Below are positions 18,778-27,612 of a stretch of DNA of 64,000 nt, one piece after another. Where the stretch lies: positions 8,195 to 72,194 of the forward strand of contig JAHEJW010000015.1 of assembly GCA_024638655.1 (NCBI GenBank), given 5' to 3'. Each line of letters starts with the position of its first letter. Position 1 is the stretch's first letter. This stretch comes from a bacterium. Lineage in GTDB: Bacteria; Actinomycetota; Acidimicrobiia; Spongiisociales; ZC4RG35. The notes beneath the pieces are model-generated. The model did not search any database and had not been told where the DNA came from. It saw only the letters and a list, made by a program, of their open reading frames with translations. The translations under genes were made by a program, and so were the position numbers.

Positions 18778-19992
18778 TCACTCGGATGCCCCCCGCCAGG
18801 CGTCCCTGACCCCCACTCTGCCCCCGTAGCGCAGGAGAGCGCCTGCATAGATCCGTCCGCCCACGAAGACCCCGGCGACAGTGAAACCGAGCGTCACCAC
18901 GATCGACAGCGCATATTGCCAGGCCGGTATGGCCGCGAGCGCAGCTCGGACGGGAACGACGAAGGGCGCCGTCAGTGGGATGAACGTGCCCACAATCGCG
19001 GCGACACCTTCGGGGTCGCCAAGGGCGGTGATCGAGAGGAAGAACCCGACCACCGCGACCATCGACATCGGAAAGGCGACGGTCTGCGCGTCCTCGGATC
19101 GACTCACCAGTGCGCCGGCCGCGCCGAACAACACAGCGAACAGCAAGAAGCCCAGAATGAACCAGAGCACGAGTGTTGTAGCCGTTCCCACGTCCAGGGC
19201 GGGGAGGTCGAACACCCCGGTGACTTCGACGGCAATCAAGGCGGCGGCGACGGTCCCGGCGAACTGGCTGATGCCGAGGACACCTATTCCGAGGATCTTT
19301 CCGCCCAGTAGCTGCCAAGGCTTGATCGTCGACAGCAGGACCTCTACAACCCGGTTGGTCTTCTCCTCGGTTATTCCGGTGAGAATCCAGGTGCCGTACA
19401 GAAGGATGGCCCCGTACAAGAGCAAAAGCCCGGCATAGGCGACCACGCCTCTGGTCTCGTCGTCGGCGTCCTCAGGCGTGAGACTCGTGGTTGTCAGTGT
19501 GTCGCTCGTCATCAGATCGATGACGCTGGCGGCGGTCTCACCCTGTTGAGCGACGATCTCTTCCAGGGCCACCGTCGCGGCCGCACGCTGGAGAAGGCTC
19601 ACGAGCGAGGCATCACCGAAGAACCCCCCGGTGCGCTCGACGATCAGCTCCCCACCGTCGACGATCACCGCTTCAACTTCGTTTGCTTCCAGCGCACCGA
19701 TCGCTCGCTCCCGCTCGTCGAACTCGACCACCTCGATCGAGATCGACGCAGGGCCGCCTGGTTCATCGTTTGCGTTGGCCAGCCTTTCCGCGGTTTGGAC
19801 GATCTCCGCGTTGTCGTCTCCGAGCGCACCGAGACGGAACGCCTCGGTCTCCTCGCCGAAGAGTTGCGGCAGAACGACAATCGCCACGACGAGGAGGAGC
19901 AGGATGGCCGTCGTTATGAGATAGGCCTTGGATCGCCCCCGCTGGGTGACCTCTCTGCGTGCAACCTGCCACAGCCCTTGAAGCCCGCTCAT
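18778..19992 (-). CDS. ABC-2 type transporter permease (NatB-like)
   Basis: N-terminal helix, ~150-aa extracytoplasmic loop, then five to six helices. Start overlaps the stop of the upstream ATPase gene. Confidence 0.8.
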   Translation of the reverse strand: MSGLQGLWQVARREVTQRGRSKAYLITTAILLLLVVAIVVLPQLFGEETEAFRLGALGDDNAEIVQTAERLANANDEPGGPASISIEVVEFDERERAIGALEANEVEAVIVDGGELIVERTGGFFGDASLVSLLQRAAATVALEEIVAQQGETAASVIDLMTSDTLTTTSLTPEDADDETRGVVAYAGLLLLYGAILLYGTWILTGITEEKTNRVVEVLLSTIKPWQLLGGKILGIGVLGISQFAGTVAAALIAVEVTGVFDLPALDVGTATTLVLWFILGFLLFAVLFGAAGALVSRSEDAQTVAFPMSMVAVVGFFLSITALGDPEGVAAIVGTFIPLTAPFVVPVRAALAAIPAWQYALSIVVTLGFTVAGVFVGGRIYAGALLRYGGRVGVRDAWRGASE

Positions 19993-20876
19993 CGCACGGC
20001 CTCGAGGAAGAGGTCCGAGAGCGATGGGGTCGTGTATGCGAAGTGCCGCAATCGTCCCGCCTCTTCTGCCCGGGCGATGAAACCTCTGACGTCGGTGGCT
20101 GCGTCGACGATGACGGTGTGGACCCCATCTCGCGTCTCGATCCGCTGGACGCCTTCCAGGGCCTGGAGGAGGGCTGCGGCGTCGCCCTCCAAGTCCAATT
20201 CGAGATGTCGGATGGGGGCGGAGTCCTTGAGCTCGCGCACCCTTCCCCGCACGACCACGGCACCGTCGTCGATGATCGCCACCTCTTCGCAGAGATCTTC
20301 GACCAGGTCGAGCTGGTGGGAACTGAAGACGACAGCCTTGCCCGCGTCCGCCTGCTCGGTCAGTACTCCGGACATCGTCTCGACGGCGATCGGATCCAAT
20401 CCGCTGAAAGGCTCATCCAGTACCAACAGCTCGGGATCGTGGACCATCGCTGCCGCGAGCTGAACCCGCTGCTGGTTGCCGTGAGACAGGGATTCGAGGG
20501 TGTCGTTGGCGCGATCGGCCAGGTCGAATCTCTCCAACCAACCGAGAGCCGAGGATGTGGCGTCTGCCGAAGCCATGCCATGGAGGCGACCGAAGTACAC
20601 GAGCTGGTCTGTGACCCTCATCTTCGGGTAGAGGCCACGCTGTTCGGGCATGTAGCCGAACCTGAGCCGGTCCGCTGCTGTGATGGGCTCACCATTCCAG
20701 GTCACTGTCCCTGAGTCGGGTCTGATGAGGCCGAAGATCGAACGCATAGCGGTCGTCTTTCCAGCTCCATTCGGGCCGAGGAAGCCCAGCATCCGGCCCC
20801 TGGCAAGCTCGAAGCTGCAACCTCGCAATGCCACGACGTCGCCGAATCGTTTGTGGAGGTCTCGCAATAGGAGCAT
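19989..20876 (-). CDS. ABC transporter ATP-binding protein (NatA-like)
   Basis: Walker A GPNGAGKTT, signature LSHGNQQRV, Walker B LLVLDEPFSGLD. Confidence 0.9.
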   Translation of the reverse strand: MLLLRDLHKRFGDVVALRGCSFELARGRMLGFLGPNGAGKTTAMRSIFGLIRPDSGTVTWNGEPITAADRLRFGYMPEQRGLYPKMRVTDQLVYFGRLHGMASADATSSALGWLERFDLADRANDTLESLSHGNQQRVQLAAAMVHDPELLVLDEPFSGLDPIAVETMSGVLTEQADAGKAVVFSSHQLDLVEDLCEEVAIIDDGAVVVRGRVRELKDSAPIRHLELDLEGDAAALLQALEGVQRIETRDGVHTVIVDAATDVRGFIARAEEAGRLRHFAYTTPSLSDLFLEAVR

Positions 20877-20920
20877 GAGGCGTGGAGCCTAAGCAGCGCT
20901 GTTCGGCAGGCCGAATCGGT

Positions 20921-23194
20921 CTAGACGGCCGTCCGCTCTTTGACGATTCGGCGGACCGAGGTTAGGAACTGGTCCTGGGTGAAAGGCTTGGCCAAGTATC
21001 CGTCGATCCCGGCCGATCGGATCCGGTCGACTTCGTGAGGCATCGCTTGGGCGGTGGCGGCGAGTATCGGAACTCCCGACAACATCTCATCGTTCCTGAT
21101 GATTTCAGCCACCATGACTCCGTCCATGACGGGCAGCTGAATGTCGAGCACGATCAGGTCGGGCCTTTCGGTTCTGGCCAGCTCGACAGCTTCGGCGCCA
21201 TCCTCCGCCTCGAGCACCTCACAACCGCTCAGCTCGAGTAAGTCGACCATCAACATCCTGTTCACCTGGCTGTCCTCCGCCACGAGCACTCTCAGGCCGC
21301 GCAGTGATCTGTCCCGGAGCCCTGAGGTGCTGTCCGAGCTTTCGAGCCTGCTGCGAAGGTTCCTGACGCCCGCAGGTAGTGAGACGGTGAATGTGGAGCC
21401 AAGGCCCTCGGTGCTCTCGAGATTGATCTGGCCTCCGTGCATCGAGACGAGACGCTTGGTGAGTGCCAGGCCAAGACCGGACCCACCGCGAGACCGATTC
21501 AGAGTCGAATCCACCTGATGGAAAGGCTTGAAGATGGTGTCTTGATGTCGCGAAGGTATTCCTATCCCCGTGTCACGAACGGCGATATGTGCCGTAGCCG
21601 GCCCGCGAGAAACGTCGATTCGCACTTTCCCGCCTTCCGGCGTGAACTTCAGAGCGTTGGTGAGGAGGTTGATGACGACCTGACGAAGACGTCTTCTGTC
21701 AGCCTGAACCATCAGCTCGTCGGGAGCATCTGTCCTTGTCAACTCAATTGACTTGTTCTCGGCCTCCGGCCGCAACATGGCGACGGCCTCGTCGACGACC
21801 GTCACCACGCAGACATCTTCGAGGTCGAGGTACTCGCGGCCCGCCTCGATACGGGCGAGGTCGAGCATGTCGTCGATCAGTTCGAGCAAGTGGTCGCCGC
21901 TGGTGCTGATTCGTTGCAGGTAGTCCTCCTGTTTTGGGCTCAGTTCACCGAAAGTCCTGTTCAGCAAGACGCTGCTCAGGCCTATGACCGCGTTGAGAGG
22001 CGTTCGCAACTCATGGCTCATGTTCGCCAGAAAAGTCGTCTTGAGGCGGTCGGACTCTTGAGCGCGGTCCCTTGCCTCTCTCAGCCGGTCTGTCTGCGCC
22101 CGCATGCCGGCCGTTGCCTCGGCGGCAGCTTGGGCCGCTTGATCGCGACTGTCGAACACGGTGTAGGCGGCGAAGGCGAGCGCAAGGGTCAGCAGAGCAC
22201 CGGCGAAGATGATGAAGGCCGGCAGTGTGTCGGAAGAGTCTCCGGCCATGAAGCCCTCGCCGGGGGCAGTTCGGACCGTCCAAGTACGGCCACCGAATTC
22301 GAGAGCCGTCTCCATCACCTCATTGCTTCCGCCCGAAAGCCGAAGCAGCTCCTCGCTGCTCGAGTAGAGGTGGGGGCCGAGGCCGCTGGCCAAACTGTCG
22401 GGTTGGTCCAGAATGGCCACTTCCAGGTCCACGCCCACGAGGTCTATGGACGAGATCATCTCTTCGATCTCGAACACCCCCTGCACCACGCCTTCGAATT
22501 GCCGGTGTCTCTCGGTGAGGGTCCGTGGTTGCGGATCGTCATATACCGGCGCCATCAGTAGGAATCCGACCCTGGGCGGGGAGTTGCCCAAGAGCTCGAT
22601 GCCCTCGGTCGCGACCACCATTCCCGTGTCGCGAGCCTTCTCGATCGCCAGACGGCGCTTGGGATTGGTTCCAAGGTCGAACCCAAATGCCTGGCTCGTT
22701 GAGTCGAGGGGCTCGATGAATACGGGCACGAAACTGTCCGGGTGGGAGGTCTCCGGGTGAACTGCGAAGCTCGGATACCCGATTCCGTTGAGACTCGTGT
22801 CGGTCCGGACTTCCTCCTCGAGCGCTTCGCGCTCGCGCACGCGTATGGCGGCGACGAATGAGAGGGTCCCCAGGTCGCCGCTCTCCTGAATTGGGGCGAC
22901 GTAGTCGGCGAAGGTGTCCCTCGTCACCTCGTCCGTTGCGTGGAACAGGCCCTGCAAGCCACGCACGGCGAACTCTCCGCCCTCGATCTGGGTCTCGAGG
23001 GCCTCGACCAGTTCCTCGGTATGGGCGGCGAACACCTCCCGGTTTTGTTTGGCGAGATCCTCCCCGGCAAACGTCGACATGATCCCGGTAACGGTCGCCC
23101 CCAACACGAAGACGACAATTGCCGCATTTACCGGTGGCGAGAACTTGGCGTCGTGTTCTTCGCTGACGGACTTGGTCAAATCCACCGTCGCCAT
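20921..23194 (-). CDS. hybrid sensor histidine kinase: TM, CHASE-like periplasmic domain, TM, HisKA, HATPase_c, receiver
   Basis: Start at MATVDL (ATG 23194), 5 nt after the regulator stop. Helices IVVFVLGATVTGIMSTF and FIIFAGALLTLALAFAAYTVF flank a ~300-aa domain. H-box MSHELRTPLNAVIG. DTGIGIP, GGSGLGLALTKRLV. C-terminal receiver RVLVAEDSQVNR...LIVLDIQLPVMDG...LAKP. Confidence 0.85.
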   Translation of the reverse strand: MATVDLTKSVSEEHDAKFSPPVNAAIVVFVLGATVTGIMSTFAGEDLAKQNREVFAAHTEELVEALETQIEGGEFAVRGLQGLFHATDEVTRDTFADYVAPIQESGDLGTLSFVAAIRVREREALEEEVRTDTSLNGIGYPSFAVHPETSHPDSFVPVFIEPLDSTSQAFGFDLGTNPKRRLAIEKARDTGMVVATEGIELLGNSPPRVGFLLMAPVYDDPQPRTLTERHRQFEGVVQGVFEIEEMISSIDLVGVDLEVAILDQPDSLASGLGPHLYSSSEELLRLSGGSNEVMETALEFGGRTWTVRTAPGEGFMAGDSSDTLPAFIIFAGALLTLALAFAAYTVFDSRDQAAQAAAEATAGMRAQTDRLREARDRAQESDRLKTTFLANMSHELRTPLNAVIGLSSVLLNRTFGELSPKQEDYLQRISTSGDHLLELIDDMLDLARIEAGREYLDLEDVCVVTVVDEAVAMLRPEAENKSIELTRTDAPDELMVQADRRRLRQVVINLLTNALKFTPEGGKVRIDVSRGPATAHIAVRDTGIGIPSRHQDTIFKPFHQVDSTLNRSRGGSGLGLALTKRLVSMHGGQINLESTEGLGSTFTVSLPAGVRNLRSRLESSDSTSGLRDRSLRGLRVLVAEDSQVNRMLMVDLLELSGCEVLEAEDGAEAVELARTERPDLIVLDIQLPVMDGVMVAEIIRNDEMLSGVPILAATAQAMPHEVDRIRSAGIDGYLAKPFTQDQFLTSVRRIVKERTAV

Positions 23195-23199
23195 CGGGT

Positions 23200-23784
23200 T
23201 CACCCGTTGACCCGCTCCAAGGGATGTGTTGCGACCGAATTGAGGAGCTCGTTCATGGTCTGCTGCCTCAACGGCTTGCCGAGAAGCCGATAACCGAGAT
23301 CGCTGGCCCTTTCTCTTACTTGTTTGTCGTCCGCTGCAGCCGTGACGAACACAACGGTGGGCATGCGAATGTTCGGGATCTCTGCGAGCTGTCGCGCCAA
23401 CTCGAATCCGTCGAGATTCGGCATCATCACGTCGAGCAACAACAGGTCGGGATCGAGCGCCCCAACCATTATCAGGCCCCGGGTGGGATCGGTCGTCGTC
23501 TCTACCCTTGCCGGCGTACCTGAGCCGGCCACCAAACCTTCTATGACGACACAGGCCGACGGGTCGTCGTCGATGGCCAGGACCGTGAGATCGGTTTGTA
23601 TCCCGAGTGAGTGGGCCAGCTCTTCGAGGGACGACAGATGAGTCTTGCGTGGCATGGACCGGCCCCTCTCCCATGCGTTGATCGTCGCGAACGAGACGCC
23701 CAACTCGTGTGCGAGTGCCTCCTGCGTATAACGGCCCTTGTCTCTGATCGCGGCAACGAGGTCCGCTGTCCTGGCTGTGCCCAT
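23200..23784 (-). CDS. response regulator with N-terminal XRE-type HTH and C-terminal receiver domain
   Basis: HTH YTQEALAHELGVSFATINAWERGRSMP. Receiver LAIDDDPS...LLLLDVMMPNLDG...VVFVTAA...LGKPL has all signature residues. Confidence 0.8.
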   Translation of the reverse strand: MGTARTADLVAAIRDKGRYTQEALAHELGVSFATINAWERGRSMPRKTHLSSLEELAHSLGIQTDLTVLAIDDDPSACVVIEGLVAGSGTPARVETTTDPTRGLIMVGALDPDLLLLDVMMPNLDGFELARQLAEIPNIRMPTVVFVTAAADDKQVRERASDLGYRLLGKPLRQQTMNELLNSVATHPLERVNG

Positions 23785-23854
23785 GCCATGGTCATATCGG
23801 GTGTTGGAGTTGGCGGCTTTATCGCGTTCCTATGAAGGGGGTCTTCTCGCTGCC

Positions 23855-24856
23855 TCAATCGAGGAGGGTCGGGTGAATCAACCTTCGGTGAGCGGTCATG
23901 GCGAAACGGTCGGTCATCCCCGCTACGTAGTCGATGGCCCGAGTCAGAGGATCGGCATCGGGCACAGTGGCGGAGTCGGGCACCTCGGCGGTGTTGGCTA
24001 CGAAGTAGCCAACCAGGTCTTGGATGATCTGGATGGCCCGGTTCTTCTGGCTCTCGGCCTCAGGACGGAGATAGACCCGCTCGAACATGAAGTCCCTCAG
24101 TTCGTCCATCACCTCTAGGTGATATGGGTCCATCTGGACCTGTCCTGTCTCGTATGAGGTCTCGATCACCGAGTTGACCATGGTGCCGATCCACTCCCTC
24201 GCAGTGGCTCCGAAGGTGGTGAGGGTGCGCACCGGAAGGTCGTGATACTCGAGCACGTTCCCTCTCAAGGCGTCGGCCACATCATGGGTCAGATAGGCGA
24301 TGCGATCGGCGTAACGACACAACCATCCCTCGGGTGTGGATGGAGGAGGATCGATCTTCCACGAATGCGCCCTTATCCCGTCCAAGACCTCGGGTGTCAG
24401 GTTTTGAGGCTCCAGAATGGACAGCGTCCTAACACCGTGGACTGAGTGAAGCCACTCACCCTCTATGAGAGGGCTGAGTGCATCTTCGCCGGTATGGCCG
24501 AATGCCGAGTGACCGACATCATGCGCCAGGCAGATCGCTTCCGTCAGGTCTTCGTTCAAACCGAGACCGCTCGCCATTGCCCTACCCACCTGATTCACCT
24601 GGATCGTGTGGGTCATCCGAGTGACGAAGTGATCACCGTCGGGATGGAGGAACACCTGCGTCTTGTGTTTCAGGCGTCGGAATGCCTTGGTATGGACGAT
24701 GCGATCACGATCGCGCTCGAATTCGGTTCGGAACTCGTCGGGCTCTTCGGGTTCGAGCCGCCCGACCGATTGGTCCGCCTTTGTCGCCTGTGGAGCCAGC
24801 AACTCGTGTTCCAGACGCTCGCGCTCGCTGCGGTCCCTTCTCAGAAGTCCTTCCAT
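23855..24856 (-). CDS. dGTP triphosphohydrolase-like HD-domain protein
   Basis: FERDRDRIVHTKAFRRLKHKTQVF, HFVTRMTHTIQVNQVGR, CLAHDVGHSAFGH, AGMTDRFA. Start at MEGLL (24856). The longer 538-aa ORF overlaps phnE. Confidence 0.85.
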   Translation of the reverse strand: MEGLLRRDRSERERLEHELLAPQATKADQSVGRLEPEEPDEFRTEFERDRDRIVHTKAFRRLKHKTQVFLHPDGDHFVTRMTHTIQVNQVGRAMASGLGLNEDLTEAICLAHDVGHSAFGHTGEDALSPLIEGEWLHSVHGVRTLSILEPQNLTPEVLDGIRAHSWKIDPPPSTPEGWLCRYADRIAYLTHDVADALRGNVLEYHDLPVRTLTTFGATAREWIGTMVNSVIETSYETGQVQMDPYHLEVMDELRDFMFERVYLRPEAESQKNRAIQIIQDLVGYFVANTAEVPDSATVPDADPLTRAIDYVAGMTDRFAMTAHRRLIHPTLLD

Positions 24857-24873
24857 GGGCTGACTATGCGAGA

Positions 24874-26799
24874 TCAGGTGAATCGCTCGCGAAGCCGGCT
24901 CGAAACGTAGTCCATCGTGGCCACAACGATGGCTATCGCCAGCATCTGAGCGGCAGCGGCCCGGTAGTCCAGGAAACTGATGTTTTGCTGGAGGAGGAAG
25001 CCGATTCCACCACCGCCAACAAACCCGATGATGGTTGACATGCGCACGTTGATGTCCCATCGGTACATCGTGAACGAGATGTACGGAGCAACGATCTGGG
25101 GGACCACGCCGTAGACGACGGTTTGCAGACGAGTGGCTCCTGTGGCCCGGACTGCCTCGATGGGTCCCTGATTGATGCTTTCCACCTGCTCGGAGTACAG
25201 CTTGGCCAGGGCGGCCACCGTGTGAAGCCCCAGGGCCAGTGATCCCGCAAACGGGCCGATCCCGACCCAGATCACGAAGACGATTGCCATGACCAGTGGC
25301 TCGATCGATCGCATCGTGTTGAACACGGTTCTCGCGATGTAGTAAACACCGAGGCCTGCACCGAGTTGGCCACGCCTCAGCCCGATCCAGCCGATCAACG
25401 CCCCGATACCGGCGCCGACGATGGCCGGGATGACCACGGTCGACTGGATGTTTGCCACCTGGTATAGCCACGCCACGATCTGACCCAATCCGAGTGCGAT
25501 CACTGCGCCTGCAAGAGCCATGCTGAGAATCGTGAAAAGATTGATGAGACTCTTGGGAGCTCTCCTGCCGATGATGTAGCCGAAGCGGCTAGCCATAACA
25601 CCGGCGAGCACGGCGCCGGTCAGTGCAGCGAGCACGCCGAACACCGTTGCGAGAACGTCGCCGTTGGTGGCCACGAACCGACCCAGGAAGTCGAACGGCC
25701 CGGCGTTCTCCTCGAACCAGGAACCTCCGAGCTCGGCGAACCGAGCCACTGCCTGCCCGGCGAGAAGCAACCCGAATCCGGCACCTATCGCCGAAAGGAT
25801 GCGAACGCTCCGGTTCGTCGGGGCTCCGGGGGCCGGCACCGCGATCTTCATGAGCCAGACACTGACCCACCCCAGGACGCCGGTGATTGCACCGATCATC
25901 AGAGCCGACTGCGGCATGCCGTCGACGAGGGTGGCCGTGCCTCTCGATGCGAAGACCCCGACAACCACACCCAAGGGCAGGGCGGCTATGGCCAGACCCA
26001 CCTGTACCGCCGGGATGCGAACGTCTCGCATGAGGTTTCGAGCTGCGATGAACGAGAGGGGGATCGCGATGAATGTTCCTGCCGTTGTCGCCAGGAGGGC
26101 AAGGAACACGGTCTCGATGATCTTGTCCAGAGTGTCAATGGCGTTCTGGGACCATCGCGGTGAACGCACGACCTCGCCACTACCGGTCTCGACCATGACC
26201 GGGCTGAAGATGGATCCCACGTTCTCACGGCTCACTACCCGAATTGTCTGGATCTGCTCGTCGGGACGGTTTGGGATTCTCACGACCTCCGAGAACGAGC
26301 CTTCGGAGTCCGTGCGAACCTCCGCGAGCCTCAGCTCCACGCCGCTGGGTGGGATGAAGAAGACTCTGACGGTGGTGTTACCGACGAACCCGCTTCCCGA
26401 CACCGTGACTTCAGCCCGGGGTGGGGCACAGGGTGGGTCGACAGCGAATGTGGCGCCGTCGCCGGCGGGGCCGGGTGCGAAGGATCCGGGAGGGCAAGGG
26501 ACCAAGTAGTCGAGGTCCGTATTCGTTTGAGTCGCCTCGTAAGTCAGGAGGTCGGGGTTGCCGAGCGCCCTCAAGACCCTGAAGAGGCTCTCCTGGCGGG
26601 TTTCGTCGGTGATTCGGTCGAGGCTGACCTCGGTGGTCTCAAAGGCGTAGGCATACACGATGAAACCCGCGAGCAGTCCGATGATCGTCCAAACGACCCG
26701 ACGACCTGAGCGACGAGGCTTCTTCGGAGTAGTCGCTGGCTCCGGTGGAGGCTGTCCTGTCCTGGCTGCCTCCAGCTGCTTTTCCTTGGTGTCAGCCAA
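24874..26799 (-). CDS. phnE: phosphonate ABC transporter permease, extended form with large extracytoplasmic insertion
   Basis: C-terminal half carries the PhnE-type core with EAA-like loop (EAVRATGATRLQTVVYGVVPQI) and GFVGGGGIGFLL. After the N-terminal helix comes a ~200-aa soluble segment. The start is uncertain. TTG 26799 abuts the phnC stop, and ATG 26886 is the alternative. Confidence 0.78.
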   Translation of the reverse strand: MADTKEKQLEAARTGQPPPEPATTPKKPRRSGRRVVWTIIGLLAGFIVYAYAFETTEVSLDRITDETRQESLFRVLRALGNPDLLTYEATQTNTDLDYLVPCPPGSFAPGPAGDGATFAVDPPCAPPRAEVTVSGSGFVGNTTVRVFFIPPSGVELRLAEVRTDSEGSFSEVVRIPNRPDEQIQTIRVVSRENVGSIFSPVMVETGSGEVVRSPRWSQNAIDTLDKIIETVFLALLATTAGTFIAIPLSFIAARNLMRDVRIPAVQVGLAIAALPLGVVVGVFASRGTATLVDGMPQSALMIGAITGVLGWVSVWLMKIAVPAPGAPTNRSVRILSAIGAGFGLLLAGQAVARFAELGGSWFEENAGPFDFLGRFVATNGDVLATVFGVLAALTGAVLAGVMASRFGYIIGRRAPKSLINLFTILSMALAGAVIALGLGQIVAWLYQVANIQSTVVIPAIVGAGIGALIGWIGLRRGQLGAGLGVYYIARTVFNTMRSIEPLVMAIVFVIWVGIGPFAGSLALGLHTVAALAKLYSEQVESINQGPIEAVRATGATRLQTVVYGVVPQIVAPYISFTMYRWDINVRMSTIIGFVGGGGIGFLLQQNISFLDYRAAAAQMLAIAIVVATMDYVSSRLRERFT

Positions 26800-27544
26800 C
26801 TCGCTCCGCCTCTTGTCCGTAGATGTCTTTGAACATCTCGTCGTCGATCTCTTCGGGCAGACCTTCGAACACCAGCCGTCCTTCATTCAATGCTATGACG
26901 CTTTGGCCGTATCGGTGGACCAGGTCGAGGAAGTGGAGACTGCAGATGATCGTGACCCGGTCCTCTTGGTTGATTGTCTCCAGGTACTGCATGATCGAGT
27001 GAGCCAGAACCGGGTCGAGGCTGGCTACCGGCTCGTCTGCAAGAATCATTTCCGGCTGCTGCATCATTGCCCTGGCGATGCCGACTCGCTGTTGCTGACC
27101 ACCACTCAGATCCTCCGCACGGTTCTGGGCCTTGGTCTCGAGCCCAACTCTCTCCAGTTGGGCCATGGCCATCTCCCGGTCCGACTTGGAGAAGCGGTTG
27201 ACCACCGCAAGTGCGGGGCTGGTGTAGCCAAGCCGCCCGGCGAGGACGTTGGTGATCACTTTCGATCGATGTACCAGGTTGAAGTGCTGGAAGACCATGC
27301 CGATCCGGCGTCGGATGCGACGCATATCTTCCTGAGAGGCGGCCGTTATGTCCTCGTCATCCCAGAGGATCCTGCCCTCCGTCGGATCGATGAGACGGTT
27401 GATGCAGCGGAGGAGGGTCGACTTGCCCGATCCGGAGAGCCCGATGACAGCCAGGAACTGTCCGTCGGGGACCTCGAAGGAGACGTCGCGAAGGGCGACT
27501 GTCCCGTCGTCATACACCTTCGTCAGGTGCTCTACACGGAGCAT
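26792..27544 (-). CDS. phnC: phosphonate import ATP-binding protein
   Basis: LRVEHLTKVYDDGTVALRDVSF, Walker A GLSGSGKST, LSGGQQQRVGIARA, ILADEPVASLD. Confidence 0.9.
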   Translation of the reverse strand: MLRVEHLTKVYDDGTVALRDVSFEVPDGQFLAVIGLSGSGKSTLLRCINRLIDPTEGRILWDDEDITAASQEDMRRIRRRIGMVFQHFNLVHRSKVITNVLAGRLGYTSPALAVVNRFSKSDREMAMAQLERVGLETKAQNRAEDLSGGQQQRVGIARAMMQQPEMILADEPVASLDPVLAHSIMQYLETINQEDRVTIICSLHFLDLVHRYGQSVIALNEGRLVFEGLPEEIDDEMFKDIYGQEAERVG

Positions 27545-27612
27545 GGGCCTCCTGGGGCTCTGTCCGGTGGGAGGGCCAGTGACCCGGCCCTCCCACTTCT
27601 GACTTCAGCGGC

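Noticed and set aside
23195-23674. N-terminal 160 codons of the 917-aa ORF (20921-23674), which would make a much longer kinase
   Set aside because: The extension is Arg/Gly/His-rich with no domain features and overlaps the well-supported XRE-receiver gene in another frame. The kinase sequence proper starts at MATVDL (23194), 5 nt after the regulator stop.
23855-24856. dGTPase-like HD protein as an anti-phage nucleotide-depletion defence gene
   Set aside because: The gene is a single one in a long co-directional run of housekeeping and transport genes. It has no neighbouring defence or mobile-element genes, which fits an ordinary Dgt-family paralog better.
24857-25471. Upstream 205 codons of the 538-aa ORF containing the dGTPase-like gene
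   Set aside because: The composition is Arg/Pro/His-rich. It overlaps the PhnE permease core in another frame. The dGTPase homology begins at MEGLLRRDRSE.
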